Source: Podarcis vaucheri
Lineage: Eukaryota
Assembly (NCBI GenBank): GCA_965113315.1
Contig: OZ220369.1
Direction: 5' to 3' (one strand)
Length of the DNA: 64,000 bases
The notes under the pieces are model-generated. The model saw only the letters and a program-made list of their open reading frames with translations. It was not told the origin of the DNA and ran no database searches. Position numbers and translations under genes: made by a program. This document shows, in pieces, positions 11,941 to 25,271 of this stretch. Numbering within the stretch: position 1 is the stretch's first letter; the number at the start of each line of letters is the position of its first letter.

Positions 11941-13482
11941 TATGCCAGGGCTGCAGCCTGCTTATTACTGTCCAATGATGGGAGCAGTCTCTTGTTGAGG
12001 CAGCGGAGTGGGGGGTGACATAGTAGGAATTTTTCTTGCTAACAGGGTGGGTGGGGGTGGGTGGGTTATCCTTCTGTGTTTCAAAGAAGCAGCCTGTGTA
12101 CAATTAAAACTTGTTTCTGGTAAACCTCATTCCAGGAAGATGAGCTTTTAACAAAAGGCTTTTGACAGCTGCAGGGTATTTCAATTTTTTTTATGCTGAA
12201 TGAAAAATCAATACATTTTTCTGGGTTATACATATTCAGAACAGGCTGGATATTTCCATTATAATGGAAAATGGGTGTCTGTGCCCATCTCGCCTGTCAG
12301 AGCTGCACCATCGCATTTTCCAAGCCACTGCTAAATATTTCAAACCCGATTTGATTGTGGTTCGTGACAGCTAATGTTTCTCGGCTCTTGAGTCTACTGG
12401 AACGGGCGGGAGTGGGGAGGCAAACATGCTCTACTTCCCTCCTTTCTTGTTGTCCTTTTCCACCCCAGACCCTGCAAGCCCTTGAAGTGTTTGGACGAGG
12501 GGGCTGTCATTTTGTTAAGGGAATGGAGAGGGGGGAAAGGCTCTGTTCGCCTGGCTATTTTCCAGATGGAAGTGGGTGGATTGTCCATGCAGGGCTTTAA
12601 GGCTGTCCGTCAGGATGTGTGAAGGAGCAGGAGTCGTGGGGCCTTTTGTCCTTTGATTGGAGGTGGGGGCTGAGGCCCATTTTCTTGACTAAGCTTAGAT
12701 TGGAAATTCTGTGCACTTCACCAAGGGCTGGGAGGAGATGCCTCCTCTTGAGAAATAGGGTTTGTCTACAACGTTTGTTTCACCAGAGGCAAAAAAACCC
12801 CTCTGACTTGAGCCTTCCTTTGTGGAGAACTTTGAGCAGGACAAGCATGAAATTATTTGGATTTCCAAGTCCCACAGCTAAGGAATGATTCAGGGGGGTC
12901 AGCAAGTGCATCAGTTGTCTGGGGAGGCGCCTGGCTGGTCTCTACCAGACAACTCCCTGCAACCTGTTCTTTTTGGTTCACACTGATCAGACCTTGCTTG
13001 GGACATAGGGACATATCCTGTCTCAGGAAGTCATGGCCTGTCTGCCAAGTTTGTAGGAGCAGAAGAGACAGGCCCTGTGGCATCCATGTGGGACCCAGCA
13101 CACTTTGCAAGAGCTTTGCTCACCCTTTGCTTGCCCCTCAGAGGTCTGTGGGGTTTTTGTCCTTCCTGGCCAAAGTAAAAATGTTCCGTCGGTAACTTGG
13201 GGCTGGGATAAGGCATTACAGTAAGGGCCTAAGCATAACTTGTGAGACTTAGGCTCATCTTGCTAGCTAGCAGAATTAGTCCCTCTCCAGGTGATGCTCC
13301 CCCTTCCCTTTCAATGCTGATGGCCTCCTTGAAATGCTTATTTGGAAAAAGACACCTGGGTGAGGTGCCTACAAGGGGAGGGCGTAAAGACTTTGGGTTC
13401 TGCTGCTGAAGCATGAGCTGAGCCCAAGGATTGAAGGTGGAAGCTTTACCACATGGGCTATTCTTTCTTTAGTTGGGAGAGT

Positions 13483-14618
13483 TAGAATCATAGAATCATA
13501 GAATCATAGAGTTGGAAGAGACCACAAGGGCCATCGAGTCCAACCCCCTGCCAAGCAGGAAACACCATCAGAGCACTCCTGACATATGGTTGTCAAGCCT
13601 CTGCTTAAAGACCTCCAAAGTAGGAGACTCCACCACACTCCTTGGCAGCAAATTCCACTGTCGAACAGCTCTTACTGTCAGGAAGTTCTTCCTAATGTTT
13701 AGGTGGAATCTTCTTTCTTGTAGTTTGGATCCATTGCTCCGTGTCCGCTTCTCCGGAGCAGCAGAAAACAACCTTTCTCCCTCCTCTATGTGACATCCTT
13801 TTATATATTTGAACATGGCTATCATATCACCCCTTAACCTCCTCTTCTCCAGGCTAAACATGCCCAGCTCCCTTAGCCGTTCCTCATAAGGCATCGTTTC
13901 CAGGCCTTTGACCATTTTGGTTGCCCTCCTCTGGACACGTTCCAGTTTGTCCGTGTCCTTCTTGAATTGTGGTGCCCAGAACTGGACACAGTACTCCAGG
14001 TGTGGTCTGACCAGAGCAGAATACAGTGGCACTATTACTTCCCTTGATCTAGATGCTATACTCCTATTGATGCAGCCCAGAATTGCATTGGCTTTTTTAG
14101 CTGCCGCGTCACACTGTTGGCTCATGTCAAGTTTGTGGTCAACCAAGACTCCTAGATCCTTTTCACATGTACTGCTCTCAAGCCAGGTGTCACCCATCTT
14201 GTATTTGTGCCTCTCATTTTTTTTGCCCAAGTGCAGTACTTTACATTTCTCCCTGTTAAAATTCATCTTGTTTATTTTTGCCCAGTTCTCTAATCTGTCA
14301 AGGTCGTTTTGAAGTGTGATCCTGTCCTCTGGGGTGTTAGCCACCCCTCCCAGTTTGGTGTCATCTGCAAATTTGATCAGGATGCCCTTGAGTCCATCAT
14401 CCAAGTCGTTGATAAAGATGTTGAATAAGACCGGGCCCAAGACAGAGCCCTGTGGCACCCCACTAGTCACTCTTCTCCAGGATGAAGAGGAACCATTGAT
14501 GAGCACCCTTTGGGTTCGGTCAGTCAGCCAGTTACAAATCCACTGAGTGGTAGCATAGTCAAGACCGCATTTTACCAGCTTCTTTACAAGAATATCATGG
14601 GGCACCTTGTCAAATGCC
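13483..14618 (-). mobile_element. Young 5'-truncated CR1 LINE with uninterrupted RT C-terminal ORF
   Basis: ORF 13568..14605 (345 aa): [47 protein letters not shown]; terminal (TAGAATCA)n repeat at 13483-13509. Confidence 0.97.
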
Positions 14619-15198
14619 CAGTGTGGGCTGGGGGAAGGACCTCAGCTCTAGGAGAATGCTATGTGTCTGTGTTTGTGTGCTCACTTTATGTTGGAAAGGT
14701 TGGGACTAGACTAGTGACACTCTGCCTTCCATTCTCTGTCCCCAGCCACAGTGGTCATCCATCACCACCCTGTAGTTGCCTATGCCTAATGCTCTCTTTG
14801 TAGCTGCTTTTAAACAAAGAATTTCCCCTAAAGAAATTGCAGTGGAGCCCTGGCAGGAGGCAGAGGGGCATCTCTCCCGCTACACACGAAAGGCACTGCT
14901 GCCACTGTTTAATGTTTTTGGGGAATCCTAGAAAGAAGGGCTCTTGAGTGCCTGAGGTCAGTGCTGAGCTGCTTCCCTACCCTTCCCTTCCCACCCCAAA
15001 TAATGGGCTTCTTCTGCTGTTATAACCAGTGTTGTCCTCCTCCTAACGCCCCCCATTTGCAGGTTGGTTCTTGAGAGACAGTATCTCCTTTGCAGGGCTA
15101 GCCAATAAAACAAGGCAGCAGAGCGGAGGAGAGAAATTTGCAGTGTGTATCCTTGTTTTTTAATCATTTTTCTACCTTTATTGGTATTCATAGCTCAC

Positions 15199-15330
15199 NN
15201 NNNNNNNNNNNNNNNNNNNNNNNNNNNNNNNNNNNNNNNNNNNNNNNNNNNNNNNNNNNNNNNNNNNNNNNNNNNNNNNNNNNNNNNNNNNNNNNNNNNN
15301 NNNNNNNNNNNNNNNNNNNNNNNNNNNNNN
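15199..15330. other. Assembly gap (132 N)
   Basis: Run of N. Confidence 1.
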
Positions 15331-17234
15331 CAGACAGTTTGCTGGAAGACGTATATTATTTCCACATGCTTCGAAGGGGAGCCCAGACAGTCCAGTCGCA
15401 ACTTAGCAGCCAGGCGGCTGGCCAGCAATCCTTTGCTTGCTTTGGAGAGGGTGACACCTCTAGGTAGCTGCTGGGACTGCAGGGGACCTTCAGCATGGCT
15501 GGGCCAGAAGGGGCTTGGTGGGCATTATTCTTCCTTTGAGGAGCTTTTTCCAACATTTGACTGGAGGAGAAAGACTGCTCAGGAGGCCCACATTTTCTTC
15601 TTGCTTAAAGGTAAAGCTTAGATGGAGCCAGTAGTCCCTAGATTAAACAGTCACCAGTCTTAACAGTAATTAATAATAAGAATAAGAATAAGAATAAGAA
15701 TAATACCCCACCCATCTAGTAAAAGCATCTGCAGCTGGAAATTGTTCCTCCAGGCTTCACCACCAGTTCAGCCTCTATAAGCTTGTTTAAATAAGAGCAA
15801 GTAAGGGCATGAATGTTCTTCCTCCAGCAGTGCAGTGTGGTACAGTGGTTAGTGTGTTGGATGCTCCCTAGAGCACTATGGGTTCAAATAACCATTTGGT
15901 CACAAAGATCACTGGGTGTCCCTCAACCTAGTCTACCTCAGAAGTGGGCAGATCTCTTTAGAGGAAGGTTTATTCAAAGCCATGGAGCTGCTCCAGGCTT
16001 GGCCCATATGCCAATGAAGTACTTTGAACACTCAAGCATTTTATAGACGTACTAAGCATTACTATATCTCCTCCTCTCCTTTCCATAGAAGATGCACAAT
16101 CAGTGTGTTTTGCATCCCAACTAGCTTTATGCTTTCTCTGCTGATAAAGCGAGGAAGGAGATTCTTCTCCTGCCAGGAGGCCAATCTTAAATTCTCATCA
16201 CTAGTTGCTTCACTGACTATTGGATCCTTGAGGCACACACAAATTTTGCTGAGTGCTCACGTGAGGGTCACAGAGTGCAGACAGTGAATGGCACAAGAAC
16301 GGACACTACTGCTGCAGCTTCCACTTTTTAGGAACTTTGCAACTTATACTTCAGTGGGTGTTTTGATAGAACTCCCCCACCCCACAAAAGTATGTGATAT
16401 CAATACAAAGCAGTTTGGCCCCTGGTGTTGTGCTGTGTGTGTGGCACAATGTTTTTGATGGCTACCTAGTGCTAGACTATCTTTCCTGGGTGTTCTGTTT
16501 ACTTTACTGCTTCAGGCACAGATGGGATGTCTTACTCTCACTATTCAGTCCAAACAGACTGTCCAAACCTAGGACCCAGAGGACAGGGCTTTGGGGATAC
16601 TGTGTGATTTCAAGGCAAGTTTGAGACCTGACACCCCCATGGGTGCAGACTGACCGCAATGTGGGGCCATTTCAAAAGCACTGCTGATGGCCAGACCCCA
16701 AGGTACACATCACACCCATTTTATCTGCTTGACTAGGTTGGTTGGACTGAAGAGCCAAGTGGAATTATCAGATGTATACTAACTGATGGTGACTACCTGT
16801 TTGCTTCCAAATGCTTGTGAGCTGATTGACTGATGCTTTATTCAGGTTGCTTTCTAACATGGTGAAAGTTAGCTTTGTCACCTTCCCCTCCACAGCCTTG
16901 GTCAGTAACTAGCATGGGTTGTCAGTTTTCAGAGCTTTCTACCTGCCTTCTAATCTCTGGTCCGATTCTGTCCTCCCTTCAGCTGCATACCAGCCCTGTC
17001 AGCAGTGTGTTTACCTGGCTGGATTATGTCCTTGAACTCAGACAGAGCCCCTATCTTAGCTGCATAGAGGATAGAGGGTTGTGTGAGTCTGCGCAGAAAT
17101 TAGCCTACTGTACAAAGGTGAATATGGCGTTCTCCTCTCCATCCACTTCTGCTTCTAGCACTGCCCACCACTGGCATGTGGCCCCTGGAAAGTTCCCCAG
17201 AACCATACACATCCCCCAGGCTAAAAAAAAGTGT

Positions 17235-17730
17235 TATCCATCACTGTTTTAAAGCTACAAATGGCTTGGGGCCAGGTTACTTCAAGGATTGCCACCTCCT
17301 GTATATACCTGCATGGACCCTGAGATTCCAGGTTTCCCTGCCTAATGAAGTGATGTGTGTAGTTGCTAGGGACTGGTCCTTGTTGGTGCAGCCCCAGTTA
17401 TGGAATGGGCTGCCTAGAGAGGCTCTTTTGGCACCCCTGCTAAGTGCCTGGTGAAAAGACCTTTTTCTCTCGGGACACTTAACCACAATATGTACATTCC
17501 CTTGACAGTTTTAAATTGGTTTAGCTCCTGTGTATGTTCATTCATTTGTATTTATAGTCATAGTTTGTTGGTTTTTGGGGGGTTGTTTTTGTTTATCGTT
17601 GACTTACTTTATTTTGGGTTTACTGTTTTATTGTGAAAAATTGTGGATTGCATTCTGTTTTTCAATGTTTGCAAACCATCCAGAGCATTTGGTTGTGTAG
17701 GTGGCATGCAAATGAAATACGGTAAATAAA
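17235..17730 (+). mobile_element. L2 LINE 3' remnant
   Basis: FKATNGLGPGYFKDCHLLYIPAWTLR...PQLWNGLPREA resembles L2 ORF2 end; T-rich 3'UTR and terminal motif. Confidence 0.75.
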
Positions 17731-18430
17731 TTTGGAGGCCAAACTAAAGCTCTTCCCAGGAGATTTAGGGGATTATCCAGGGAAAAAGATGTAAATTGAA
17801 TCCACATACTCCTAGCCTGAGCTTTGTATCCAGTGAGCTTGTAAGCAGTGTTAGAAATTAGCCAGGTGCCAGGTGTGTTTTGTGTCTGGTGTGGGTTCAA
17901 TTGTGAGCACATGGAGATCTCTGGATTCCAGGTTGGTGACTTGACATCTCCATCTAGCTAGCCTCTCCAGCTTTCTTAAGCAGGTAGGAGTGTAATAATA
18001 AATCCCATTGGGGGAAAATGGTGCCTAGACATACCGTTGTGGTGACCGTAACCTAGGTTTAAGGTGCCATTTGGCAATTAGGTTATATATCTGAGTTTCT
18101 AACACTGCTTGTAAGAAGCAGTGGCCACAACTTCTGTTGCTCCTATAGCACCTACTGCATGCCTCCCTGCCATGCAATTGCTAAGGCTTCTCCACCAGGA
18201 CCCCCTTTGGGTCCCTTTTCAGCCGCTCAGTTTCTGCTATGATTTGGAGTTAAAGGGAGCATGTATTGGGGCTGCACCTGAGGATTCCCAAATGAGATGG
18301 GAAACAACCCAGAGTCCATTGTAGGAGCAAATGTGGGAAGGTAGAAGAAGTGACTTAAGGCAACATTGCTGCAGGTGTCAAGTGCAGTTTTTACCTCTTT
18401 CTTTTCCTTCTTTTTCTTCTCCCATTTCAG

Positions 18431-18544
18431 AGGAGTTGATTGAAGATGCAGAAGGGCCTCCTAGTGAGGCAGCTGCCGATCCAGAAGAGCCTGTTAAAGA
18501 TGCAGAGACTGCTGTTGAAAAGGATGAGGGCAAATGGGCGGCAG
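18431..18544 (+). CDS. ZFHX3: ZFHX3 coding exon (human exon 5 equivalent), 114 nt, phase 1-1
   Basis: Long polypyrimidine tract + ttcAG acceptor (18429-30), GCAG|GTGAGT donor (18545). Encodes (E)ELIEDAEGPPSEAAADPEEPVKDAETAVEKDEGKWAA, resembling mammalian ZFHX3 [23 protein letters not shown]; phase joins next exon. Confidence 0.9.
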
Positions 18545-21500
18545 GTGAGTGATAGTCAGTGGAAGCCGAGCTCTGGTTCTCTCTCACACACTTTGCTCGA
18601 GTGAAAGTTTTCCTACAGTGGGTTTGGAGGCTGTTCTCAATTTTGTCTTAATCATTCTCTCAGTCAGAATATCCCCAGTCTGCATTTTATATCCTCTTGT
18701 TGATCCAGTTTTGTAAGAGCAGCAGTACATATTTATATTAGGAAAGAGGTGTTATATAGAGTGAACTTGCTCTGTTTCTTTAAAAAAAAAAAAGACAAGT
18801 GAACTTTGAAGATGAAAGGATTTTTGTGAAATAATGCAAAATCTAGAGCAAATTCTAAAATTGCCTAAGCCTGAATGTGAATCACTCTGAACAGTTGAGG
18901 TGGATGTTTACCTCCTACGAACCAGAAGACTATGGCAAGAGAAATCCTTGGGCCAGTTCTGTATGGAGCTGATTCAGAGACAGAAGAGACAAAGAGAGGT
19001 CTGACCCTTTATCCAGCCAATCCTACGAATAATTTTTCTTGTGCTAGCCTGGTGCATCAGTCCATACTCTACAGTTTGGGTCTGTATTTGTCCAGCAGCA
19101 GAAGACCATCTCAAGTCATAATAGCTGTCAAAATTTTCTCAGTCCTTGAAATAAGATTTACTTGATAAGCAGGGGTTGTATCAGAAAGAAAAAAGATTTC
19201 TTAGACTTTGTTTTCAAACAAGAAGATAGTGAGCCTTTCAAAGGTGAAAGTGTTGTTCCTTCTAGTCTGGACAAATTAGTCCCAGAGCAGATGCCGCTGT
19301 TTTCCTAAGGGGTGTGGTATGGGGTTTTATGTAGGAAGTTAAAAGATTTGTGAATAGTTTACAACTGTGATGCACAAAGTCACTAAATGATTAAAAAGAC
19401 AAAAGAAAATCTTGGTCCAGAAACATTTCATGTGTTTGGCAGCACTGGAACTCACCCTCAGCCTTCACAACAGGAAGGGATAATGAATTAAGTAAGCAGT
19501 AGTTGTGGCAGACCAGCTCAGAGAGCTTTTAAGTGCTCCCCATTTTTAGAGATCGGCAGGGCTCACCTAACGCAGCAATCAGTGCAACAGAGCATCCGTA
19601 ATTCGCACCCATGGCAGATTGCTATTAGGGGAGGTATTAATGGGCTGCCAAGGGCTGGGAAATTGTTGCAGAAAAGTGTGTTTATGGAGTAAGAGCTGGC
19701 AGGCATGATTGCAATTGGGTTTGACATGTTTAACATAAATGGCTACTGCACAGCTCTTGCTGTTTATGAATAATTCCTACAGGCCCACTGCCTTTCTAAT
19801 TGCAAAAGTAGGGAAAGGGGGGCAATTCCCTCCCCCCCCCAAAAAAAAACCAGGCCAAGGCCATCCTGACTGAACTTTCCCCTGATTTTCACAGGAAGTC
19901 ATGTTTAACCAAGTCTCATCAGATGCCCTGGATACTGTGATGGGGAGGTCTGGGGTGAGCTGTGCCTGGAATCTGTACCTACTGTACCTTCTCAGTGCCT
20001 GAGCATGAGGGACAAACTGAATTTATTAGTGTTGCCTGGGAAGGGCATGGGGAGCTTTGTCTGTTAAAGCCCATAGGTTTGGGTTGCTGATGATTTCTTC
20101 CTGCCCACTCTGTATCCTCTGTGAAAGACATGAAGTACAGCTCTCTTTATCCCCCAATCCATTGAATCAGAAGCGGAACAGAGCCAATATGGCTCCAGTC
20201 CACCTCCCAGTCATACGGCATTCTGGCATCTCTTTAGATATTTGGAAAAGGTGGGTAACATCTTCCTGCTTTTAAAATTCTCTACTTTGGCTATTTTCTT
20301 CTTCTTTCTGGCTCCTGATTCATAGCTCTCTTCCTTTCAGAAGACACTGTAGCCTAGTTGTAGATTACTCCCTCGCCAGCTTTTTGTGGGCCTTGTGTAG
20401 AACTCTTAGTTGAATTTACATTTTAGCTTCATTTTCCAGCTTACTAGGATAATTCTGAACATTAGTCTATTGGTTGCATATTTTGTATTATTGGTAAACT
20501 GCCAATGCCATTGTCTAGGTAATTGAAGATGCACTGGACCCACCATGATTCTGCTCCTCTCCAGTCAATATCTCTTTCCCAAAGTGCTGCATACCAACTC
20601 CTACTCCTTGCCAAAAGCATGGTCAGCATTAAAGTGGGGAGGCAGCTTTATTAGCTGGAGGAAGTGTTTATTAATTCTTTTTATCTTCCTGTTTTTAACA
20701 AGTCTGCCTCTGCAACTTGCTGCTTACCCTCCCTTAGGGGCTGTTGGGGCCCAGCACAGCCCTCATGCTAAACTAGTGGCTACTCTTGTGCCTCTGTTTT
20801 CAGGAAGGATGATTGTCCCACTTTGTCCACATTTCTTTATGGAAGTTGGTGAGGCACAATAATTCCTTCTTGTTTCCATAGCTGAATCACTCTTTGGCAT
20901 CTGTTTCCAAGACTTGAATTTCCACCAGCCCTCGCTTGGGCTGTTTTCCTCTCCTGCCTTCGTGGGTTCATTGACTGCGCCTGTCTTAGGGGGCACAATA
21001 TAGCCTTGGGGTGCTGTGCAAATCACCCCAATGGTCCACTGGTGTGAGCATGGCCCACATAACAGCACCAGCAGCTCTTGAGTCTCATTTCTGCTTAACA
21101 TTCATCACAAGGCCTCCATCAAGGAGTCCAAGTGACCAAACCACACCCTGTGTAGTTCCTTTTCCATGGTTCCAGCTTAACCAGGAAGGGTGTCTTCAAA
21201 GCAGGCCCACCCCATGTCATCCCATCAGCCACCTGAGGTGCAGCATTGCCACATGGTGGAGCAGAAGGACCTACCTGGTTGGAGAGCTGGGCTTCAGGGA
21301 TGCTGGCCGGCTGCTGAGCTGGTATGATCAATGGAGAGAGCAAACGTCAGTGAGTCCTGCTGTAAATTTCTGGGGCAGGTGGCGAGTTGGTTTACGGAAT
21401 GCAGAGAGATGAGAACCCAGCTTTACGGAAAGCAGCATGAATTAATAATCATTTAATTGGCTCCTCCATTATGCTGCTGGATTAGTAGATGGAAGTTTAG

Positions 21501-22269
21501 ATGAAGGGGCTGTCAATGGTGCTTTAGCTCAGAGAAACTGATGACTGGGGGCAGGGGAGAGGCAACTGTCTTTAGTCAGGTAGAGTCCATCCTCCTCAGT
21601 CCTCCTACCCTGGGCTGGGCTCTTTGAGCTTCATCTCTATGCTGCTTTTCACAGCTCATGGATGGAAGGAGACACTTTTTCAGTGTTGAAAATTTGAAGC
21701 AGTAGTTTTTGGTAGTAAACTGTCTCTTGCAGTGAGCTATTTCTTAGGTGAGGGATTCATAGTGCACTTCATAAGGTACAAAACAATTTCCAGGGTCATT
21801 TCATTGTATTGGTATGAGTGTAGCCTTCACTTTAAGGCTTTAAGCCTCCCAGAGTGGCTGAGGAAACCTCTCTCTCTCTCTTTTGAGTTAACTGGTAGGA
21901 CTCTGGTCCCCAAAATTGACTTTGCAGCTGAAACAGCCTTGTTGTGACTAGGCGGCAGGATGGTGAGAGAGCAACACTTATTCCCTTGGAGATGGTGCCA
22001 GAGAATCACAGCTGGCAGATACAGTGGGTTGATAATGCCTTAGATATCCCTGGAATGCCAGCTACTTTGGACATCCCTTCTCCTCATCATCTTCCCTCTC
22101 TATCCCCAGTCATTCACTCCTCCTTCCTGTACATTACCTTTGTGCAGAGCAAGCAGGGCAGCTAGCTTCCACTCCGCCTGATAGTCTCTTACATGATAGG
22201 GCTTCAGGAAATGGTTTCCCATCATTTGGCTGCTTATCTTCTCCTTTCGGTGCTTTAGCAGCTATTCCA

Positions 22270-23730
22270 TTAATAGTAATAGTAATAATAATAATAATTA
22301 ATAATTAATAATTTATACCACGCCCATCTGGCTGGGTTTCCCCAGCCACTCTGGGCGGCTTCCAAAAAAATATTAAAATACAATGGTATGTTAAACATTA
22401 AAAGCTTCCCTAAACAGGGCTGCCTTCAGATGTCTACTAAAAGTCTGGTAGTTGTTGTTCTCTTTGACATCTGGTGGGAGGGCGTTCCACAGGGCGGGTG
22501 CCACTACCGAGAAGGCCCTCTGCCTGGTTCCCTGTAACTTGGCTTTTTGCAGTGAGGGAACCGCCAGAAGGCCCTCGGCGCTGGACCTCAGTGTCCAGGC
22601 AGAATGATGGGGGTGGAGACGCTCCTTCAGGTATACTGGACCGAGGCCATTTAGGAATTGTCCTCGGAAATGTCCTGGGAGCCAATGTAGATCTTTCAAG
22701 ACCGGTGTTATGTGGTCTCAGTGGCCACTCCCAGTCACTAGTCTAGCTGCTGCATTCTGGATTAGTTGTAGTTTCTGGGTCACCTTCAAAGGTTGCCCCA
22801 CATAGAGCGCATTTCAGTAATCCAAGCAAGAGATAACTAGAACATGCACCACTCTGGCGAGACAGTCCGCAGGCAGATAGGGTCTCAGCCTGAGTACCAG
22901 ATGGAGCTGGTAAACAGCTGCCCTGGACACAGAATTGACCCGCTCCTCCATGGACAGCTGTGAGTCCAGAATGACTCCCAGGCTGCGCACCTGGTCCTTC
23001 AGGGACACAGTTACCCCATTCAGGACCAAGAAGTCTTCCACACCTGCCCTCCTCCTGTCCCCCCAAAACAGTACTTCTGTATTGTCAGGATTCACCCTCA
23101 ATCTGTTAGTTGCCATCATCCTCCAGCCGCCTTCAGACACTCACACAGGACCTTCACCGCCTTCACTGGTTATGATTTGAAAGAGAGGTAGAGCTGGGTA
23201 TCATCCGCATACTGATGAACACCCAGCCCAAACCCCCTGATGATCTCTCCCAGCGGCTGAATGTAGATGTTGAAAAGCATGGGGGAGAAGACAGAACCCT
23301 GAGGCACCCCACAAGTGAGAGCCCAGGGGTCGGAACACTCATCCCCCACCACCACTTTCTGAACACGGCCTAGGAGGAAGGAGCGGAACCACTGTATAAC
23401 AGTGCCCCCAGCTCCCAGCCCCTCTAGACAGTCCAGAAGGATGTTATGGTTAATGGTATCAAAAGCCACTGAGAGATCCAGCAGAACTAGGAAACAGCTC
23501 TCACCTTTGTCCCTAGCCCACTCCCGGAGATGATCGACCAGTGCGACCAAGGCAGTTTCAGTCCTATGATGAGGCCTGAATCCCAACTGGAAGGGATCCA
23601 AATGGTCCACTTCTTCCAGGCGTGCCAGGAGTTGTTCAGCAACCACTCGCTCAATCACCTTGCCCAAGAATGGAAGATTTGCGACTGGGCGATAGCTGGT
23701 CATATTGGCCAGGTCTAAAGATGTCTTTCT
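22270..23730 (-). mobile_element. 5'-truncated L2 LINE (RT domain to 3' tail), frameshifted
   Basis: Minus ORFs: YRPVANLPFLGKVIE, LLDLSVAFDTINH, GVPQGSVFSPMLFNIY, YADDTQLY, LWNALPPDVK; (TAA)n tail at ~22270-22312. Confidence 0.95.
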
Positions 23731-24229
23731 AGAGAAGATTAGCCTGTCTCCCAGTACTTTATCAAGAAGTCCCATTAAAAACAGAAGGAACACTTGCTAA
23801 GTTCTTGTTTTCATGGGCCTGTTGAGGTCAGTGACAGATCGTGAAAGTTTAAAAGCTCGAGCTCCAAGAGGTAGTGAATGACTTCAGGAGCTGTTGCCTT
23901 TAATCCAGAGCACTGGCTACATTTGGCCACACCAAGTTTATAAAACACAAGGAAAGGATTATTCTCCAGGTAGTTCCAATGTACTGGGGTACCCCACATA
24001 ACTAGCAATGCCCTCATTTTCTATGCTTTTATAGTCGTCTTAGATAAATATCTAACAACCCATATAAAGATAAATATTGGCCAGAGTCTTTCCTCAGAGA
24101 TGCCAGGAACACCTGGCCTAAAGATGATCTCCGTTCAATGGAAAAGAAAACAGTTGAATATCCATTCATGTTCTCACACAGCTGAATACCTCTGAGGAAC
24201 TGGCCAGCATTATAAGTCCACCCTCTCCT

Positions 24230-24870
24230 CTTTCTTGTCTACCATATTCCTTGCTCCATGATCCACACCAACTCTAAGAATCCTCAATGCCTCTTCTTTA
24301 TCTTTTGATAAGATATGATCTGCAATGTCCCACCCTCAAGACTTCATCTCCTGCAAAATCAGAACTCTCCACTATGGTATCTCACTCTCCACTATGGTAT
24401 CTCTTCTACTCCTTCAATATTTTCCTGTTCCATCCACCAACACACTTAATGAGTTGACCAGTCTGCTGTCCTTGACTTTGCCCTCATTTGTATCCCATTG
24501 ATACTCTTTACTCCTGACTCTTAATAGGCATCTCTCCTGCCATCATTACATCTCTCAGCCACACAGCCAACCTCTCTGTCACCTCTGCCTTGATGCATTC
24601 AGACATGTTGCCATTTCCCCAACTTCTAAAACCTCTCCCTTAATAAAGTTTCATTTCCCAGATACTGCCTGAGTACTTGTCTATTCTTTGTCTCCAAACT
24701 CCTGGAGTGTAATTCTAGCCCCTGCATTTTTTACGTTCTTTCTTTAAACTTCTCTCTCTTGACCACTTACAATCTGGCTTCACTCTCTGCCCTTCACTGA
24801 AACTGCCCATACCAAGCTCACTGGTATTCTCCTTTGCTGCCAAATGTCCATGACCACTCTGCCACTCAGG
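24230..24870 (+). mobile_element. Ancient L2 RT remnant
   Basis: Pyrimidine-rich decayed sequence with LDHLQSGF..TETA-like motif near 24760-24810; probably continues at 26200-26850. Confidence 0.5.
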
Positions 24871-24963
24871 ACCAGATTTCATTGGGCTCATGGCATGACA
24901 CCGCAATGACTACTGCCCAGTGCCAACCTGGTATTGCAGCAGCCTCTGCCATTACCATTAGAG

Positions 24964-25099
24964 CAGGCATGGCCAAACTTGGCCCTCCAGGTGTTTTGGG
25001 ACTACAACTCCAATCACCCCTAGCTAACAGGACCAGTGGTCACGGATGATGGGAATTGTAGTCCCAAAACATCTGGAGGGCCAGGTTTGGCCATGCCTG
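24964..25099. mobile_element. Palindromic hAT MITE, 136 bp
   Basis: TIR CAGGCATGGCCAAAC / GTTTGGCCATGCCTG extending to ~55-bp near-perfect arms; exact 8-bp TSD CATTAGAG (24956-63, 25100-07). Confidence 0.93.
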
Positions 25100-25152
25100 C
25101 ATTAGAGTCTCTTCATAGTGTGTCTGCAGGCTGTCTGCTGTTGTTGCTATTA

Positions 25153-25271
25153 GGTTGTATCCGGTGCTAGTCCTGCTCAAATCAGACACATTGAAATGAA
25201 TGAACCTAAGATAGTCATGTTCATTCACTTCAGTGGGTCTCCTCAGAGTAGTACTAGCATTGGATACACCC
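25153..25271. mobile_element. Older palindromic MITE
   Basis: Arms GGTTGTATCCggTGCTAGT ... ACTAGCATTGGATACACC and inner TGAAATGAATGAAC / GTTCATTCACTTCA. Confidence 0.65.

Noticed and set aside
13568-14605. Intact RT ORF as a domesticated or autonomous gene
   Set aside because: 5'-truncated CR1 lacking ORF1, endonuclease and the RT N-terminus; intactness reflects young age.
15138-15621. ORFs spanning N runs (also near 55.4-55.9k and 58.5-59.1k)
   Set aside because: Length is inflated by assembly gaps.
24364-24403. Exact 20-bp tandem duplication ACTCTCCACTATGGTATCTC x2
   Set aside because: Ordinary local duplication inside an ancient L2 remnant; no functional cue.
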